DNA of 64,000 bases from an uncultured Verrucomicrobiae bacterium (GCA_963801815.1 CAWDGJ010000006.1:52283-116282); one strand, 5' to 3'; shown: positions 27,091 to 36,917, counted from the stretch's first letter. Program-made: numbers and translations. The notes: generated from the letters alone by a model not told the origin.

Positions 27091-27232
27091 AAATTCGAAA
27101 AACTCGAATTTCGAAGTCCGAAACAATTTCAAAAATCGAAGATTCGAATTGAAGTTGTTCGCCTTTTTGATTTTCCAGATTCGTGCTTGTTTCGAGTTTC
27201 GATATTCGACATTCGAATTTGAGAATCAATCG
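27090..27232. repeat. intergenic palindromic word-repeat element, same family as 17990-18126
   Basis: gaaattcgaaaaactcgaatttcgaag... faces attcgtgcttgtttcgagtttcgatattcgacattcgaat. Sits between two convergent genes. Confidence 0.7.
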
Positions 27233-27238
27233 CCTCTA

Positions 27239-28270
27239 CTAGTCCGGCCAAATTAGCAGGCGCATCATTTGCGTTCCGAAACCGGTGAGATGCGCGTGAC
27301 TCGCTGGACCGGTGGCAACGCCGTTGGTCAGATGCGAAGCATTTAATGAACTCGGTTTCACGTAAATGACTTCCGGTTGTTTCACTTTCCGATCGCTCGG
27401 CTCAATTCGAAGCGGTAAACCGCCGCGCGCGAATGAAACCACCCACGAGCGCGGCTCCGCATTGGCATTTCCGTTTACCATCCACGGATAAAGCTTGGGC
27501 AATTCGAAATGCCGCGATCGGGGAAAGGCGACTTTGTAGAAAACTTCCTCGTGGCTGAAAAACTGCGGAATCGTGAGCGAAGGATTTTCGTGGAGTTGAA
27601 CGAGGAACTTCTGGATGTCCAGCCCGGTGAGATTGATTCCGTTGTAAATGCCGTGGTGGTTCGGATCGTTCGTATGGGTGGCGTTGTACCAGCCTTCGAA
27701 CTTGTGATTCAGGATCAGGTTCAACTCCAAATGCAAATGCGCGCGCTCACGATTGATTCCGACGCCAGTGTAACCCATCACCGCAATGTGCTGTCCGCGC
27801 TGCACACTTTCGCCCGCGCGGACGTCGATCTTGCTCAGGTGTCCATACAAGCTGTAATAGGGCGAGCCGTCGAACGTGTGTTCGATCACGATGTACTTTC
27901 CGTAGTTCGAATAACCGGCGACCAGGCTCGTGTAGACCACCTTTCCGTCAGCGATGGCACGCACTTCGTCGAGCGGCTCGTTGTTTTCATCACGATGGAC
28001 CGGCTTGATATCGATGCCTTCGTGAAAGCGCGTATAAACAACTCCGGAACTGGTCTGCTCCGGATCGCGTACGAATCCATATTGACCGCCCTCCCACGGT
28101 GTCGATTTCTCGCCGCCATAATCGCGTTCGATGTATTGAAAGAACGCCGCGCCTCCGCCGTCAAAAATCGCGTCGTTGTCGGTTGGCAATGCGATGTCGA
28201 TAGCGCGGACACTCTCGACAACGCCGAAAACTGTGATGATGGCCAGCGCAGCGACGAGTGAGCGCTTCAT
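27239..28270 (-). CDS. M23-family metallopeptidase, secreted
   Basis: HEGIDI (HxxxD) and HLHLEL (HxH) motifs. Signal peptide from MKRSLVAALAIITVFG (start 28270). Confidence 0.85.
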   Translation of the reverse strand: MKRSLVAALAIITVFGVVESVRAIDIALPTDNDAIFDGGGAAFFQYIERDYGGEKSTPWEGGQYGFVRDPEQTSSGVVYTRFHEGIDIKPVHRDENNEPLDEVRAIADGKVVYTSLVAGYSNYGKYIVIEHTFDGSPYYSLYGHLSKIDVRAGESVQRGQHIAVMGYTGVGINRERAHLHLELNLILNHKFEGWYNATHTNDPNHHGIYNGINLTGLDIQKFLVQLHENPSLTIPQFFSHEEVFYKVAFPRSRHFELPKLYPWMVNGNANAEPRSWVVSFARGGLPLRIEPSDRKVKQPEVIYVKPSSLNASHLTNGVATGPASHAHLTGFGTQMMRLLIWPD

Positions 28271-28439
28271 CGTTTTCTCTTTTCTCCCATTAGCCGCCAG
28301 CTTGGCATTGGTTTTCACATGCACCCGGAAAAACGCAATGTCGATCTTTTCCCGAGACGGAAACGGCGATCAATGCCACAATCAGGCTCGCGAAAATGGA
28401 TTTCATGACCGATTGATACGTTCCGTGTTTAACCCGTCA

Positions 28440-29060
28440 ATGATTCGTCCTGCTATTCTTTTCTATAGTTTGCTATTGGCCGCCGCCCCTCTTCGCGCGC
28501 AGCTCGGCTCGTTCGGGACCTCGCCAACGCCCACTCCGACACCGGTGCCTGACACGGGATTGTCCTCGCCGGCTCCCGGTGGCTCGCAACCACCGATTAC
28601 GACGACGACGATAAAGAAGCGCGGTTTTCTCGGCCGCATGATGCACCCATTTTCATCGTCCGAAGTTTTGCCAAAATATCAGAACCCTAAACTGCGCGGC
28701 CTCATTCTGAGTCTACAGGTCGCGCCGCAGCCTCTCCGGCTTTCCGAGGTTCGACAAATGGAGGTCAGGGTACTTGTAACGAACCGCGGCACCCACGTGG
28801 TCACCCTCGATTTTCCAACGGATCAACGGATCGAGGTGCAACTGCTGAACTCGGCCGACGTCGTTCTGACGAAATGGTCCGAGAACCACGCGATCAAGGA
28901 AACTCCCGCCACTGTCCTGATCAATCCCGACGAGCATATTGAATATAAGGAAATGATCGCGACTCGTGACCTAACGCCCGGAAAAGTTTTTACGGCTGAA
29001 GTTCTTTTTCCAAAGTATCCCGAGCTCCGAATCCGGCAGAAGTTCATGACCGAGCCGTGA
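28440..29060 (+). CDS. secreted protein with PT linker and a BsuPI-like (protease-inhibitor fold) C-domain, tentative
   Basis: Start MIRPAILFYSLLLAAAPLRA (signal peptide) and TSPTPTPTPVP linker. The pattern VTNRGTHVVTLDFPTDQRIEVQLLNSADVVLTKWS resembles BsuPI-type domains. Confidence 0.5.
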   Translation: MIRPAILFYSLLLAAAPLRAQLGSFGTSPTPTPTPVPDTGLSSPAPGGSQPPITTTTIKKRGFLGRMMHPFSSSEVLPKYQNPKLRGLILSLQVAPQPLRLSEVRQMEVRVLVTNRGTHVVTLDFPTDQRIEVQLLNSADVVLTKWSENHAIKETPATVLINPDEHIEYKEMIATRDLTPGKVFTAEVLFPKYPELRIRQKFMTEP

Positions 29061-29068
29061 TGCGGGAA

Positions 29069-29128
29069 GTTGAGAGTTGAGAAGGATCTGAATGTCCAGC
29101 TCTCAACCCTCAACTCTCAACCCTCAAC
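29069..29128. repeat. inverted word repeat GTTGAGAGTTGAG / CTCAACTCTCAAC
   Basis: gttgagagttgagaagg ...14 nt... ctctcaaccctcaactctcaaccctcaac. The right arm encodes the first 12 codons of the next gene. Confidence 0.75.
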
Positions 29129-29913
29129 TTTTTAGTGACTACCACAGTCATCCCCAGGGGCATCGAGTTCAGCCGTATTCCCAAAATCTTCTGCAGCCGT
29201 GGATCGATAGCGCGCGTGCAAAAGGCTTGAACGACATCGCGTTCACCGATCACGACCGTTATTATGCCGGCGTCAACTTCGATGAGCTCGATAAACTTCG
29301 CGCTGCAAATCCGGACGTAAAAATTCGCGCGGGAATCGAACTCGACAACGATCCGCAAACCTCAGCCGCGGGCCGAAAGTGGGTCGAGAAGAATTGGGAC
29401 CAACTCGATTTCGTTCTCGGCTCCGTCCATTACCTCGACGATCCAAACCAGATGTTCGACAGCGTTCCTGACGGCGCGGAACAGTTTGTCGGCCGGGACA
29501 TCAACGAAATCTACGAAGATTACTTTCGCCGCGTTCGGGAAATCGCCGCGACGGGGCTGGTCGATTGTTTGTCGCACCTCGATCTTATCAAGATCCATGG
29601 GCACCGGCCGTGCGGCGATGTGCGATCTGTCGTGAACGAGACGCTCGATTTCATTCGGTCACGCAATCTGGCGATCGAACTTTCAACTGCCGGTTGGCGC
29701 AAACCGGTCGACGAACTTTACCCGAGCGACGAAATCATCAAGCTCGCAATCAAAAAGGCAATTCCGTTCACAACCGCGTCCGACGCGCATTCCCACGCGC
29801 AGCTTGCCGAAAATTACGATCGCCTTGCCGAAAAGATGTCGGCGTTCGGGATTCGCGAGGTTTGCGTTTACGAACACCACAAACGCCAACCGCGTGCTTT
29901 GGCTCAGCCGTAA
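29092..29913 (+). CDS. PHP-family histidinol-phosphatase-like hydrolase
   Basis: DYHSHPQGH, FTDHDRY, GSVHYL, SHLDLIK and SDAHS His/Asp motifs of the HisJ/PHP family. Confidence 0.8.
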   Translation: MSSSQPSTLNPQLFSDYHSHPQGHRVQPYSQNLLQPWIDSARAKGLNDIAFTDHDRYYAGVNFDELDKLRAANPDVKIRAGIELDNDPQTSAAGRKWVEKNWDQLDFVLGSVHYLDDPNQMFDSVPDGAEQFVGRDINEIYEDYFRRVREIAATGLVDCLSHLDLIKIHGHRPCGDVRSVVNETLDFIRSRNLAIELSTAGWRKPVDELYPSDEIIKLAIKKAIPFTTASDAHSHAQLAENYDRLAEKMSAFGIREVCVYEHHKRQPRALAQP

Positions 29914-30219
29914 TTACAGTCCCGGCATTCCCAGGCCGCCGGTGATCTTTTTCATTTCGGATTGAGCGATCTCTTTGCCTTGATCAATCGCTTGCTGCAC
30001 GCCGCTGAGAACCGCTTCTTCCAAAAATTCGACATCGTTTGGATCGACGATCTGCTGGTCAATCTTGATCGAAAGGATTTCGCCCGCGCCGTTCGCGGTA
30101 ACTTTCACTTTTCCGCCGGCGGCAGTTACTTCCACGGTCTTCTCTTCGAGCTCGGCCTGCGTTTTGGCCATTTGTGCCTGCATCTGCTGCGCCTGTTTCA
30201 TCAATTTGTTCAAATTCAT
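29914..30219 (-). CDS. ybaB: nucleoid-associated protein YbaB/EbfC
   Basis: 101 aa, MNLNKLMKQAQQMQAQMAKTQAELEE... Typical sequence, and the typical position downstream of dnaX. Confidence 0.9.
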   Translation of the reverse strand: MNLNKLMKQAQQMQAQMAKTQAELEEKTVEVTAAGGKVKVTANGAGEILSIKIDQQIVDPNDVEFLEEAVLSGVQQAIDQGKEIAQSEMKKITGGLGMPGL

Positions 30220-30278
30220 GGGCTTGGCTTAAGTCGTTAAATCGTCCCCGGCGATTGGCTCACCACTCGACACGTTAT

Positions 30279-31958
30279 TCATTTTCTGATTTCTCCCTTA
30301 AAAATTTCTAGGGCTTCGCGGATCAGCGGATTGTCCGCGTAATCCTCGGTTGGTTTTTCTGTGCTCGGCGGCAGATCGTTTTGCACGGTCAACTTCAGCG
30401 TCCAGTCTTTGCCGCTTACTTCCTGAAGTAACGACTCAATCAGTTTGCGGTTGGTCGCCGTTCCCAGGATGTCCATCGGCGATTTCTGATCCGGCGAAAA
30501 TCCGAGCACGAAGTAACGGCCTTCGCTTGGCAGAACATGCGCGACTGCGGCCGAGTTTCGGACGAATGCCTTTGTATTCGGAATCTTCGCGAAGGCGGTC
30601 TCCCAGATCTTGTTCAGGTCGGTTTCGCCGTTAGCGATTTCAGCGACGCGCAGTGTAGAGGCGGCCGGGCCTGCCACGTCGAAGCCAGGCGAAGGCGGGT
30701 CGGCCGTTCTTTTTTCCGATGCAGACGAGACAGTGTCAGGGCGGCTCGCGTCTGCCTCCACCAAACGATTCTTGGCGTCAGGCGCCGCGCTTAGCGTTTT
30801 TTTTTCCGCGGTTGTAGATCTTCCGTCGCGCAGTTCGCCGAGCTTCTCGATCACTTCATCGAGTGTCGCTTGACCCAAACTCTGGACTGCTTTGATAATC
30901 GCGACCTCAAAATGCAATTTCTTATTAGGCGCCCATTTCATCCTGCCTTCCGCCTGCGCGAACTGGTCGATCAACTCCAGCAATCGCTCGTTCTCGATTA
31001 AGTCAGCCTGGACCGCGAGCGCTTTTTGCAATTCAGGATCGGCATCCTCCTTGAGCGCGTCCGGTTTGGCTTTGAACACGAGCAGATCGCGCAAATAAGA
31101 AATCAGATCCGACATCAGCCGCATCATGTCTTTGCCGGCTTCGGATTGTTCGTAAAGCACATCAAGGGCAGCCGCGGTTTCGCCGCGGAAAATTTTTCCA
31201 GTCAGATCGACCACGCTCTGCTCGCTGGTGAACCCGAAAACGTTGAGCACGTCCTGCTCGGAAATTTTCTCGCCACAGAACGCAACAAGCTGATCCAGCA
31301 TCGACTCCGCATCGCGCATTCCGCCTTCCGCGCCGCGGGCGATCGCATGCGCTGCCGCCGGCTCGAGCGTGATTTTTTCTTTCTTGGCGATGAATTGGAG
31401 ATGGTCCGCAATCAGTTTCGCCGGAATGCGGTGAAGATCGAAACGCTGACAGCGGCTCACGATGGTTGGCAAAACTTTTTGCGGCTCGGTCGTCGCGAAA
31501 ATGAATTTCACATGCGGCGGCGGTTCCTCGAGCGTCTTGAGCAGCGCATTGAACGCCGCCGTGGTCAGCATGTGGACTTCGTCGATGATGTAGATCTTGA
31601 AGCGAGATTTCGACGGCGCGTAGCGGACGTTTTCGCGTAATTCGCGGACCTGTTCGACGCCGTTATTGCTGGCTCCGTCGATTTCCAGGACGTCGAGCGA
31701 ATTGCCGGCGGCAATCTCTTTGCAGTTATCACAGGTATTGTCCGGAGTAACGGTCGGCCCTTTCACGCAATTCAATGCTTTTGCCAGAATTCGCGCCGTC
31801 GAAGTTTTCCCAATCCCGCGCGGGCCCACAAAGAGGTAGGCGTGTGCCAGCCGGTTTTGGGTCACCGCATTCTTGAGCGTGCGCGAAACGTGAGCCTGGC
31901 CGACGAGATCATCAAACGTCTGGGGGCGATATTTGCGGGCGAAAACCTGGTAGGTCAC
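30279..31958 (-). CDS. dnaX: DNA polymerase III subunit tau/gamma
   Basis: GPRGIGKTSTARILAK (Walker A), CDNCKEI zinc module, IIDEVHMLT and the SRC motif (VSRCQRF). There is an A9 run at codons 385-388. Confidence 0.9.
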   Translation of the reverse strand: MTYQVFARKYRPQTFDDLVGQAHVSRTLKNAVTQNRLAHAYLFVGPRGIGKTSTARILAKALNCVKGPTVTPDNTCDNCKEIAAGNSLDVLEIDGASNNGVEQVRELRENVRYAPSKSRFKIYIIDEVHMLTTAAFNALLKTLEEPPPHVKFIFATTEPQKVLPTIVSRCQRFDLHRIPAKLIADHLQFIAKKEKITLEPAAAHAIARGAEGGMRDAESMLDQLVAFCGEKISEQDVLNVFGFTSEQSVVDLTGKIFRGETAAALDVLYEQSEAGKDMMRLMSDLISYLRDLLVFKAKPDALKEDADPELQKALAVQADLIENERLLELIDQFAQAEGRMKWAPNKKLHFEVAIIKAVQSLGQATLDEVIEKLGELRDGRSTTAEKKTLSAAPDAKNRLVEADASRPDTVSSASEKRTADPPSPGFDVAGPAASTLRVAEIANGETDLNKIWETAFAKIPNTKAFVRNSAAVAHVLPSEGRYFVLGFSPDQKSPMDILGTATNRKLIESLLQEVSGKDWTLKLTVQNDLPPSTEKPTEDYADNPLIREALEIFKGEIRK

Positions 31959-32073
31959 GTGCTCAATCTAAATGCGTTGATCGGGCTGCGAAAACACAAA
32001 ATCGAGAATTCAGACAGGATTAACAGGATTTGTTTGATTGTAATCCTCTGAATCCCGTAAATCCTGTCTAGTT

Positions 32074-32583
32074 ATGACTTATCGCCTTTTCTGCGGAAGC
32101 CTGTTCTTGCTTGCGCTTGCCGTCGCGCAAGCCCAGGCGCCTCCGCCATCCGAACTAAGAGATCCGTTTCTCGACAATTTCGTCGGTGACTGGCAGGTCG
32201 AGCGAAAAATGGGCAATGGAGAAACCACGCAAACGACGGTGCGCTGCGAATGGGTCCTGAAACATCATTACATCGAGCTCCATTACGGTGCCGGTGAAAG
32301 CGATCCGCAATACGAGGCGATGGTCTTCATTGGTTTTGTCGCCGCAGACAAAACTTATGTCTGCCACTGGCTGGATGTTTATGGCGCGGGTTACGACGCC
32401 CCTGGTCGTGGCAAGATCGACGATAAGCTGCTCGGTATCGAATTTCGCTGGGAATCGAAAGAAGGTGCGCTGACCAACAAGTTCACGTTCGATCCGCAAA
32501 CGAAAACCTGGAATTCGCTCATTCGCCAGACCGAAAAGGGCGAGTGGAAAACTTTCGCTGAAGAAAAATGGGCAAAAAAATGA
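32074..32583 (+). CDS. secreted hypothetical protein (DUF1579/lipocalin-like, tentative)
   Basis: Signal peptide ending ...LALAVAQAQA. 169 aa. FVGDWQVE-type motif. Confidence 0.6.
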   Translation: MTYRLFCGSLFLLALAVAQAQAPPPSELRDPFLDNFVGDWQVERKMGNGETTQTTVRCEWVLKHHYIELHYGAGESDPQYEAMVFIGFVAADKTYVCHWLDVYGAGYDAPGRGKIDDKLLGIEFRWESKEGALTNKFTFDPQTKTWNSLIRQTEKGEWKTFAEEKWAKK

Positions 32584-33782
32584 ACCGTTTCGCCCTTTTA
32601 CTAACAGTCATGCTCGTGGTCGACGCATCTGCGCGTCAACCAGTGCCGTTACCCTCGAGATCAACCATTGCGCAGAAAAAGGTTCGCGCACGTGATCTCG
32701 GCGTTCCGTTCGACGGCACGCCTGGTCCATTGAATGCAATCACCGACGTTGCTGGCGTTGAAGTTGGCTATACGACGCTGATCAACGGGGAAGGCAAACT
32801 GGTTGTCGGCAAAGGGCCGGTGCGCACTGGCGTCACGGCGATCATTCCACGTGGACACGATTCATTAAACGATCCGGTTTATGCCGGCTTGTTCAGCTTA
32901 AATGGCAACGGCGAAATGACCGGCACAAATTGGATCGAGGAAAGCGGTTTTCTCGAGGGCCCGGTTGTAATTACGAACACGCACAGCGTCGGTGTCGCGC
33001 GTGACGCCGTAATCGGGTGGCGAATCAAACATGGCGCTGCGGACGCGAGCGGATATTGGTGGAGCCTGCCGGTGGTCGCCGAGACGTGGGACGGCTGGCT
33101 AAACGACACCAACGGATTCCATGTGAAGCCCGAAGACGTTTTTCATGCGCTCGATTCCGCACACGGTGGCGCGATCGAGGAGGGAAGCGTTGGCGGCGGA
33201 ACCGGAATGATTTGTTACGAATTCAAAGGCGGCAGCGGAACTGCATCGCGTAAGATCGAGATCAAGGTCGGAAAAGATAAGCCCGCGCAGAGCTTCACTG
33301 TTGGCGTCTTTCTTCAGGCGAACTTTGGGCGGCGCGCTCTGCTGACAATCGCAGGCGTTCCGGTTGGAAAAGAAATTCCCGGCACAGTTTACGGTGAAGA
33401 CACCGGTTCGTGCATTGCAGTTGTCGCGACGGATGCGCCGTTGTTGCCAAACCAATTGAAACGGCTCGCACGGCGCGTTTCGCTTGGGCTAGCGCGGACG
33501 GGAACGATTTCCGGAAACGGTTCGGGGGATTTGTTCATCGCGTTTTCTACCGCGAACAAGGATTCATGGGCGCCGGACCAGGTCACGCATTCGGTCCAAA
33601 CGATCCCGAACGATTTAATGGACCCGATTTTCACGGGTGTCGTGCAAGCGACGGAAGAGGCGGTCGTCAACGCGTTGGTGGATAACCAAACCATGATCGG
33701 TGCAAACAATCATCGGGTGGAAGCGTTGCCGCATGATCGATTGCGCGAACTCTTGCAAAAATACAGTCGCATCACGCAGTGA
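32580..33782 (+). CDS. S58/DmpA-family aminopeptidase (P1 family), secreted
   Basis: ITDVAGVEVGYTT, RTGVTAIIP, GGGTGM and TGSCIAVVATDAP are consistent with the DmpA/BapA Ntn-hydrolase family. The ATG overlaps the upstream TGA. Confidence 0.8.
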   Translation: MNRFALLLTVMLVVDASARQPVPLPSRSTIAQKKVRARDLGVPFDGTPGPLNAITDVAGVEVGYTTLINGEGKLVVGKGPVRTGVTAIIPRGHDSLNDPVYAGLFSLNGNGEMTGTNWIEESGFLEGPVVITNTHSVGVARDAVIGWRIKHGAADASGYWWSLPVVAETWDGWLNDTNGFHVKPEDVFHALDSAHGGAIEEGSVGGGTGMICYEFKGGSGTASRKIEIKVGKDKPAQSFTVGVFLQANFGRRALLTIAGVPVGKEIPGTVYGEDTGSCIAVVATDAPLLPNQLKRLARRVSLGLARTGTISGNGSGDLFIAFSTANKDSWAPDQVTHSVQTIPNDLMDPIFTGVVQATEEAVVNALVDNQTMIGANNHRVEALPHDRLRELLQKYSRITQ

Positions 33783-34150
33783 TAAGTTTCGAAGCGAACG
33801 TTCCGAAGAAACTACTCGAGATCCGTTACGGCGGCGTGGTCAGGGGCGAGGACTGCGAAAAAGGTCTGGAACAACTGCGCGCCGCCCTCGACCAGCTTGA
33901 AACCGGTTTTCGCGTTCTGGTCGATCTGACCGGGCTCGAGTTGATGGATGTGAAATGCGCGCCGTTTATCGAGAGGGCAATGGATCTCTGCAACGAACAT
34001 GGCGCGTCGACAGTTGTAAGAGTCGTTCCCGACCCGCATCGCGATATCGGGATGACGATCATGTCGATCTTTCACTATCGCGGCGACGTGAGGATCGTCA
34101 CCTGTCAGAGCATGGCTGAGGCGGACAAGATTCTTTCCGCGGAGACCTAG
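33779..34150 (+). CDS. hypothetical protein, STAS/SpoIIAA-like topology (tentative)
   Basis: 123 aa with a GTGA start/stop overlap with the peptidase gene. The VLVDLTGLELMD pattern is reminiscent of STAS-like domains. Confidence 0.5.
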   Translation: MISFEANVPKKLLEIRYGGVVRGEDCEKGLEQLRAALDQLETGFRVLVDLTGLELMDVKCAPFIERAMDLCNEHGASTVVRVVPDPHRDIGMTIMSIFHYRGDVRIVTCQSMAEADKILSAET

Positions 34151-34380
34151 CATGACCCGGCATGGTCGTGACAGCGGAACTTAATACGATCAAACGCCGC
34201 GAATGAGCGCGCATTTTTGGTGCGAATTCTGCTATTAAATTCGCCGTGGCGCTTGCGATTTCCCCGCTCAAATCAGCGCCCGGACTTCTCCTGACTGGCG
34301 AAGCAACCGCGCCCTAAGAAACCTTGTAACCTGTGAGGAAATTGTTCGGTCATACCTCCGATGATTTGTCGGGCGCACTC

Positions 34381-36915
34381 ATGAAAAGGTCGAGGAGAAA
34401 CCTTGGTCGATTAGGCGCCTTCGTTGTGATTGCGCTTGTTGTGATCGCTTCTCCCAGCCACCCGACCTTCGCGAAAAAAAACAAACCAACTCCGACCCCT
34501 ACTCCCACGGCCACGCCGACACCAACTCCAATCGTATCGCCGACGCCCACTCCAAGTCCCAGTCCAGGCTCGGCGGTGATCGTAACTCCTGCACCGGGAT
34601 CAACCTTTTCTAGTTCAACCGTTACTTTCCAATGGACGGCTGGCAGCGCCACCGCTTACATATTAACACTCGGTAGCAACATAAGAGGCATCGACATTTA
34701 CTCCTCGAATGTCGTGCAAGTCACCTCAGTCACGGTCGGCAATATTCCCACCGACGGCCGGACGGTATATGCGACGCTTTACTCCCAGGTGAACAATACC
34801 TGGGTAAGTAACACCTACACCTACACGGCTTCGAACGGGTCTTCGTCACCAACCCCAACTCCTACGTCGACCCCAAGTCCGACAGTAACCCCGACTCCAA
34901 CCGCAACACCAACCCCTACGTCGACTCCAACTCCAACAGTCACCCCCACGGCCACTCCGATTCCGACAGCCACTCCTACGGCGACGCCCACTCCAAGTTC
35001 CACTCCGAACTCGGCAGTGATCCTAGTTCCTGCACCGGGCTCAACCTTTTCTGGTTCAACCGTGACGTTTCAGTGGACCGCCGGTGGCGCCACCGCTTAC
35101 ATATTAACGCTCGGTAGCACCTTGAGAGGCATCGACATTTACTCCTCGAACGTGGTGCAAGTCACGTCAGTCACGGTTGGCAATATTCCTACCGACGGTC
35201 GGACGATATACGCGTCGCTTTACTCTCAGGTGAACAATTCCTGGGTAAGTAACACTTACACATACACGGCTTCAAAGGGGTCTTCGTCACCAACCCCAAC
35301 TCCTACTTCGACTCCAAGTCCGACAGTAACCCCCACACCGACACCAACGGCGACTCCCACGGTGACGCCGTCTCCAACGCCGACCGGCACCCCCAGCTCT
35401 GGTGACGCTGCCCGTTTGCTGACTCAATCAACGTTCGGGCCCACGTCTCCGTTGATCACCCAGGTTCAACAGATTGGTTTCACTAATTTTCTCAATTCGC
35501 AATTTTCCATGCCCGCGACGCGGACTGGACCGCGGGTCGACGCTGCGATCGCGGCATTGTCGACCGGGACTGACCCATCCTATTCGCTTTTTCAAGAAGC
35601 TTGGTGGTACACCGTGGTGAAGGCGCCCGATCAATTGCGGCAGCGCGTAGCCCTGGCGCTGAGCGAGATCATGGTGATCTCTGCCAACGGCAACGACATG
35701 TATCAGTACCCCGAGGCGTTGGCGACGTACTGGGACGTCTTAACGCAGGACGCATTTGGAAATTTCCGCCAGCTTCTCGAAGACGTGACGCTGAATCCGG
35801 GGATGGGCGATTTCCTCGACATGGTCCATAACGACAAACCGAATTCGTACCGCAACACCGAGCCCAACGAAAACTACGCGCGCGAGATCATGCAGCTGTT
35901 CACGATCGGTCTTTACAAGTTGAACCAGGACGGGTCGCAGCAGCTCGATGGAAGCGGCCAACCGATCCCCACTTACGATCAGGATGTCGTGGAAGGTTAC
36001 GCCCACATTTTTACCGGCTGGTATTGGTATCAAACTGGCACGCCGACGTGGTCGTACGTGTCGCCGGAATATCGCCATCCGATGATGGCGTTTGCAAGCC
36101 ATCACGATACCGGCGCAAAACTAGTTTTGAATGGCGTGACGTTGCCCGCCGGCCAAACGCAAGCACAAGATCTGCAAATGGGCCTCGATGCAATCTTCAA
36201 TCATCCAAATGTCGGCCCGTTTATCGCGCAACGCTTGATTCAGCGTCTGGTCACCAGCAATCCGTCTCCCGGTTACATTTCGCGTGTTGCCGGAGTGTTC
36301 GCGAACAATGGCAAGGGCGTTCGGGGTGACATGAAAGCAGTCGTGCAAGCGATCCTCCTTGATCCGGAAGCTCGCACGTCGACGGCCAGCAATAGTTATG
36401 GGCACGAACGAGAGCCGCTGGTTCGCCTGGCAAATGTTTACCGGGCGTTCAATGCGTCCGCTTCGAGTGGAAAGTTTGTGGTAAACAACGTGGACTTTAG
36501 TTTCGGCCAGGCGCCACTCTATGCGCCTAGCGTTTTCAATTTCTTTTCGCCGTTCTATTCGCAAGTCGGAGCGATCGAGAATGGAGGACTGGTTGCTCCT
36601 GAATTTCAAATAACCACCGACAGCTCGGTCATTACTTCTGCGAATAAAGCGCGGAGCGAAGTTTATCGGCAACCAAATCCGAGCAATCCAGACACGATCG
36701 TTCTCGACCTTTCGGCGCAGATCGCCCTTGCCTCGAACCCGGCGTCCCTGGTCGATTCGCTCAATGTTCTGCTGATGAGCGGACAGATGTCCTCGAATAT
36801 GCGCTCGATTGTGATTAACGCTGTGAGTCAAATTTCGTCCGCGAACACGCTGGAACGCGCACAAACCGCAGTTCATTTAATCGTCACTTCACCGGAGTTC
36901 GTCATCGAAAAATAG
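34381..36915 (+). CDS. DUF1800-domain secreted protein with duplicated N-terminal beta-domain and PT linkers
   Basis: Signal anchor MKRSRRNLGRLGAFVVIALVVIA. Two modules of about 147 aa separated by (PT)n linkers. The C-terminal region of about 500 aa has DUF1800-like motifs (WWY..., MLxFLD-like FLDMVHN). Confidence 0.8.
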   Translation: MKRSRRNLGRLGAFVVIALVVIASPSHPTFAKKNKPTPTPTPTATPTPTPIVSPTPTPSPSPGSAVIVTPAPGSTFSSSTVTFQWTAGSATAYILTLGSNIRGIDIYSSNVVQVTSVTVGNIPTDGRTVYATLYSQVNNTWVSNTYTYTASNGSSSPTPTPTSTPSPTVTPTPTATPTPTSTPTPTVTPTATPIPTATPTATPTPSSTPNSAVILVPAPGSTFSGSTVTFQWTAGGATAYILTLGSTLRGIDIYSSNVVQVTSVTVGNIPTDGRTIYASLYSQVNNSWVSNTYTYTASKGSSSPTPTPTSTPSPTVTPTPTPTATPTVTPSPTPTGTPSSGDAARLLTQSTFGPTSPLITQVQQIGFTNFLNSQFSMPATRTGPRVDAAIAALSTGTDPSYSLFQEAWWYTVVKAPDQLRQRVALALSEIMVISANGNDMYQYPEALATYWDVLTQDAFGNFRQLLEDVTLNPGMGDFLDMVHNDKPNSYRNTEPNENYAREIMQLFTIGLYKLNQDGSQQLDGSGQPIPTYDQDVVEGYAHIFTGWYWYQTGTPTWSYVSPEYRHPMMAFASHHDTGAKLVLNGVTLPAGQTQAQDLQMGLDAIFNHPNVGPFIAQRLIQRLVTSNPSPGYISRVAGVFANNGKGVRGDMKAVVQAILLDPEARTSTASNSYGHEREPLVRLANVYRAFNASASSGKFVVNNVDFSFGQAPLYAPSVFNFFSPFYSQVGAIENGGLVAPEFQITTDSSVITSANKARSEVYRQPNPSNPDTIVLDLSAQIALASNPASLVDSLNVLLMSGQMSSNMRSIVINAVSQISSANTLERAQTAVHLIVTSPEFVIEK
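34547..35345 (+). repeat. tandem 441-nt duplication inside the DUF1800 gene (about 90% nt identity)
   Basis: The copy offset is exactly 441 nt (34569 aligns with 35010). Both copies encode PAPGSTFS.STVTFQWTAG.ATAYILTLGS..RGIDIYSSNVVQVTSVTVGNIPTDGRT. Confidence 0.9.
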
Positions 36916-36917
36916 CC

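Noticed and set aside
28176-28439. N-terminal extension of the 28176-29060 ORF.
   Set aside because: It overlaps the 5' end of the M23 peptidase gene on the opposite strand and is non-hydrophobic. The internal ATG at 28440 gives a clean signal peptide.
31959-32073. SRP RNA (ffs) upstream of dnaX, a common arrangement.
   Set aside because: The spacer contains only an ACAGGATT/AATCCTGT word hairpin. There is no SRP domain IV-like GGAA/AGCA symmetric loop sequence.
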